From Deltaproteobacteria bacterium (GTDB lineage Bacteria; Desulfobacterota; UBA8473): a stretch of 35,910 bases of DNA. Location of the stretch: the NCBI GenBank assembly GCA_030623035.1, contig JAUXFK010000003.1:1-35910 (forward strand), in the 5' to 3' direction. The notes below the pieces were generated by a model. It ran no database searches, was not told the origin of the DNA, and worked only from the letters and a program-made list of their open reading frames with translations. Below, one piece after another: positions 32,259 through 35,910 of the stretch. Position 1 is the stretch's first letter, and every line of letters starts with the position of its first letter. A program made the translations under genes and the position numbers.

Positions 32259-33059
32259 CTATCCTACCATGCTGTATCCGCCGCTTACGCTGAGGACCTG
32301 GCCGGTAATATGACCTGCTGCTTTATTTGAGCCAAGAAATACGACTGCATTGGCTATGTCCTGGGGCTTCCCAATCTTGCGAAGGGGGTATGCCTTTGAG
32401 ATCTTCTCCAGTTGTTCAGGGGTAAAGAAGTCTTTGGACTGCTTCCACATGCTTTTATCTCCAATCTCCACGTCTTCTGATGGCACTGTTACTCCAGGAC
32501 ATACAATATTTGCCCTTATCCCGTTACGACCGTTTTCCCTGCCGATGGTCTTCATAAAACTGTTAACAGCAGCTTTGACCCCACCATAGACTGCCTCTTT
32601 GAATTCACCCTGCCGACTGGCATCTGAACTAATGCTGACAATTGCCCCGCTTTTCTTTTCTATCATATAATCAAGGGCTGTTTTGGTACAGTTCAATACC
32701 CCCACGTAATTGATAGTTATGACTTTGTTCCAAAAATCTGGAGTTGTATCGACAAAAAGCATGAGGTTATCCCAGCCAACATTGTTGACCAAGACATCGA
32801 TCTGCCCGAACTCTTCGAAACCTTTCTTAAACATAGCCTGTACATTGTCCAGACTCGTTACATCACATTTGACTGTTATGGTCTTACCACCGGCATTTAA
32901 AGCATTGGCCTCTTTTACAACCTTTTCAGCCTGTTCTGTATCGACATCTCCGATCACCACATTTGCACCTTCTCTTGCAAAGGTTAAAGATATAGCCCGA
33001 CCAATATTGGATCCTCCTCCAGTAACGACTACGGTCTTTCCCTTATAATCTAAGTCCAT
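32259..33059 (-). CDS. SDR oxidoreductase (BadH-like hydroxyacyl-CoA dehydrogenase type)
   Basis: TGGGSNIG, NNVGWD, SSDA and YGGVK motifs. Start MDLDY follows aggagg. Confidence 0.88.
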   Translation of the reverse strand: MDLDYKGKTVVVTGGGSNIGRAISLTFAREGANVVIGDVDTEQAEKVVKEANALNAGGKTITVKCDVTSLDNVQAMFKKGFEEFGQIDVLVNNVGWDNLMLFVDTTPDFWNKVITINYVGVLNCTKTALDYMIEKKSGAIVSISSDASRQGEFKEAVYGGVKAAVNSFMKTIGRENGRNGIRANIVCPGVTVPSEDVEIGDKSMWKQSKDFFTPEQLEKISKAYPLRKIGKPQDIANAVVFLGSNKAAGHITGQVLSVSGGYSMVG

Positions 33060-33193
33060 TTTAAATCCTCCTTTTGATATGATTTTAGTAATAAATGCCT
33101 GTGCCTTTTTTATCAAGATAGGAGATGTGTGTCAATAAAATTATAGAAGAAAATTTTTGTAAATAAGCCTGTAATACTCCAAACCCCTTTTAC

Positions 33194-33222
33194 TTGACAA
33201 TGTGAGTCTATTTGGCTATATT
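33194..33222 (+). promoter_or_regulatory. sigma70 promoter (TTGACA-17-TATATT) toward otsA
   Basis: Near-consensus -35 and -10 boxes. Confidence 0.6.
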
Positions 33223-33341
33223 CCCTTTCATTGAACAGGTGTTCATCCAGCCGTCCCAACAGATTACTCTGTCTGGAAAGCTAAGCCCTGCCCAACTTGT
33301 CTTGACTTTCTTTTTTCTTTATAATAGTCTTTCAATTATTA

Positions 33342-33578
33342 CTACAGCGGCAGTTTTTACAAGCTGTTTGAGAGACCTCTTGACGAACATATATTGATTT
33401 TTTTGTCAATCGTTCTTAGTTCTGTGGAGCACAAAAATCTTAAGTTGTTTGAGGGCGATAGCCCGAGTTCTTAAGATTTTGCGCAGAGAACTTAGAACGA
33501 TTAAAAAACTCAATCCGAGTGAGGAAAGAGGCCTCTCGAACAGGCTGTTAGCGGGATTATCCGAAAGTGTCGCTGTAG
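33342..33578. mobile_element. Family F long palindromic MITE-like element
   Basis: Nested inverted arms ctacagcg/cgctgtag, tgtttgagag/ctctcgaaca, aatcgttct/agaacgatt, aaaatcttaag/cttaagatttt and apical gggc-gata-gccc. Flanked by tatta direct repeats. Confidence 0.82.
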
Positions 33579-33622
33579 TATTATAGTTCCTATTTTAAGT
33601 AACCCATGTTGGAGGCTGTATC

Positions 33623-34791
33623 ATGGATAGGTTGTTGATCATTTCCAATAGGTTGCCGGTCAGTATTGAAAAAAGAAAGGGTGCTTTGCACTTTCATCCG
33701 AGTGTTGGAGGTTTAGCAACTGGCTTAAGTGCGTTATATAAATCATACAGTAGCATATGGATAGGTTGGCCTGGGATAGCGCTGGATAATATCAAAGAAG
33801 GAGCGGAAGAGATCGAGACAAAATTGATGTCCGAGCTTGACTGCAAACCTATTTTCCTCTCACAAACCGATATTGAAAAGTACTATCATGGTTTTAGTAA
33901 TCGGACACTATGGCCGCTCTTCCATTACTTTCCCCAATATGTAGTCAATGATAGAAGTTTCTGGGAGGCCTATAAAAGGGTAAATAAGCTTTTCAGTGAT
34001 TCTGTCCTGGAGATTGCAAGAAAAGGGGATACAATATGGATACACGATTTTCACTTAATGTTACTCCCAAGTCTAATAAGGGAGAAATTGCCTGATGCAG
34101 CGATAGGCTTTTTTCAGCATATACCCTTTCCATCTTTTGAGATCTTTCGCTTGCTTCCATGGCGTGAGGAAATCCTGGAAGGTTTATTAGGGGCTGATTT
34201 GATAGGTTTCCATACGTATGATTATGCAAGACATTTTCTATTAAGTGTGCACCGGTTGTTAGGTTACGAATATAGTATGGGTCAAATCAATGCCCATGAT
34301 CGCATAATTCGAGTAGATACATTCCCAATGGGGATAGATTATGCACGATTTTCAAATGCTGTTTATAATCCAGAAGTAAAAAAAGAGATTGCCAATTTAC
34401 AAGACAAGCTACATGACCGTAAAATAATAATATCAATAGATCGGTTAGACTACACAAAAGGAATTCCACAGCGCCTGGAAGCTTTTTCAGCCTTTTTGAA
34501 TAGAAACCCGGAGTATAAAGAGAAGGTGAGTTTTATCCTGGTTGCTGTTCCTTCCCGTACACAGGTAGAACATTATCGGTTACTGAAGAAGGAGGTAGAC
34601 GAACTTACCGGTAAGATTAATGGGGAGCATGGAAGGATTGGTTGGGTACCTGTTTGTTATCTTTACCGCTTTTTAGATTTTCCTGCACTTGTTGCTTTAT
34701 ATATTGTCGCTGATGTTGCTGTTGTTACCCCCCCCCCATTAGGGACGGCATGAATCTCATAGCATTGCACCAATGTGGAGGCCTTGTATGA
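33623..34791 (+). pseudogene. otsA: Trehalose-6-phosphate synthase (GT20), frameshifted and 3'-truncated
   Basis: SNRLP, GGLA, WIHDFHL, HIPFP and DRLDYTKGI motifs. IRDGMNLIA is out of frame after a C10 tract (34728-34737), and homology then stops. Confidence 0.85.
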
Positions 34792-35671
34792 TCTTTGAAG
34801 GTATAGCTATAGGAATTTTAACAAATTTATTCTCTCCAGAAAACATTCAGAAAATATACGATAGGCTGAGAAAGAAAAAAAGAACGCAAAAAATTGAAAT
34901 AAAGGATATCAGAAAATTCTGGAAGATATATAGGACAAGCGAGCTTGAACTGAAAGATGGTATGCTTATAAAGATAAAAGGGACTCTTTCAAAGTACGCA
35001 CCAATGATTATTGGCGATCCTAAGGAGAAGAGGGAACTTCATGAACAATATCGAAAAAAGTTGGACAAAGAAAAGGTAAAGGAGACCAGCGTAATTGATC
35101 CTATACTTAGTTTGACTTCAGGGAATACTGTGTGGCGTATAAACCCAATTGGTGATTTTATATACTTTGGATTATACCAAGGTATAGCAAGAAATTCAAT
35201 TCCGGTTTTTGTTAGAAACGACTATTATAGTTCAATAGAGGGGATTTTTTTAAAGATGATAATCCGTACTGTGTAGATGTAGTTCTAACTGGAATTTTGG
35301 GGGAATTTCCTTCCGAAACTATCAAGAAAGTCGAGGTTATTGGGGAGGGGCCAGTTCATGGATTATTTGTAGGTGATGATAATACAAAAATAGAATATCT
35401 GAAAGAAGCAAGCTATTTAGATGGAGACATTTGGATTGCTCTGAAATATGAAGAAGGAGAACATATGATTAGTAGATTTCTTGATCTTGGAGATATCGAG
35501 GACTTTGAAGACGAATGTGAAAAATTGAAAGAAGATATCAAAAATATTTGTTCAAAGTTATCAAATTCAAAAGTAATTTTACAATTTGACCAAATCCATC
35601 GACTTTTGTCTGTAAAACAGACAATTGAAATTGGGGATTGCTGGAAAAAGCTTTACAATAAATCCAAATAA
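34788..35671 (+). CDS. Hypothetical protein split into two ORFs by a -1 frameshift near 35245-35255
   Basis: RBS ggagg precedes ATG 34788. The second frame is open from 35231 to 35671 and overlaps the first across T7-AAAG. Confidence 0.6.
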
Positions 35672-35858
35672 TTTACAGTTTTTATCGTTTATTAATAATA
35701 TGGAGATTTACGAAATAGATGTCATAGAATGTCTCAAAAAGTTTGGTATATAGACAGATAAGCTACTTGTAACCCAGATGTCAAGGTTTGATAAGTGGGA
35801 AGCCCCAGAAGGTGTAATAAAAGTACTTAGGCTTGTTGAGCGAGATGTTGGAGAACAG

Positions 35859-35910
35859 ATGAGAATGACCCGTATCAGCATTATTTCCATTCTTACATTA
35901 ACGATTCTGC
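35859..35910 (+). CDS. Possible start of a signal-peptide-bearing protein running off the window
   Basis: ggag RBS followed by MRMTRISIISILTLTIL. Confidence 0.3.
   Translation, partial: MRMTRISIISILTLTIL

Noticed and set aside
6893-33048. Numerous short antisense or overlapping ORFs in the six-frame track
   Set aside because: They are shadows of well-supported genes and carry no recognisable motifs.
35700-35858. Reading frame with an internal TAG as possible recoding
   Set aside because: There is no recognisable homology or supporting context; more likely decayed DNA.

Overview
AT-rich chromosomal backbone that looks like Desulfobacterota/deltaproteobacteria (inferred from gene content and order). 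The + strand carries parA-parB, gyrB-gyrA-TPR-gpsA, a 1406-aa CoA-activase-type protein, PIN/TRAM-ispD-ispF-plsC-uppP-ftsK-lolA and rfaE1-DUF4416-yicC-remA-gmk. The - strand then carries an SDR, a HEAT/HD-GYP pair, rplM-rpsI, argC and an IS200-like Y1 transposase homolog lacking its catalytic Tyr. The window ends with a frameshifted, truncated otsA and a split hypothetical gene. The unusual part is intergenic: most large spacers hold 80-430 bp non-coding elements of at least six types (A1, A2, B/C, D, E, F). Most have terminal inverted repeats, several have 5-8 bp target-site duplications, and they occur nested, chimeric or internally deleted. Several fold into ~250-nt hairpins with compensatory changes and share an unpaired TGTTTGA...CGAGTT motif. 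Also present are a candidate structured ncRNA after lolA and tandem NrdR-like boxes at the gyrB promoter. All alignments were done by eye; no database searches were run.
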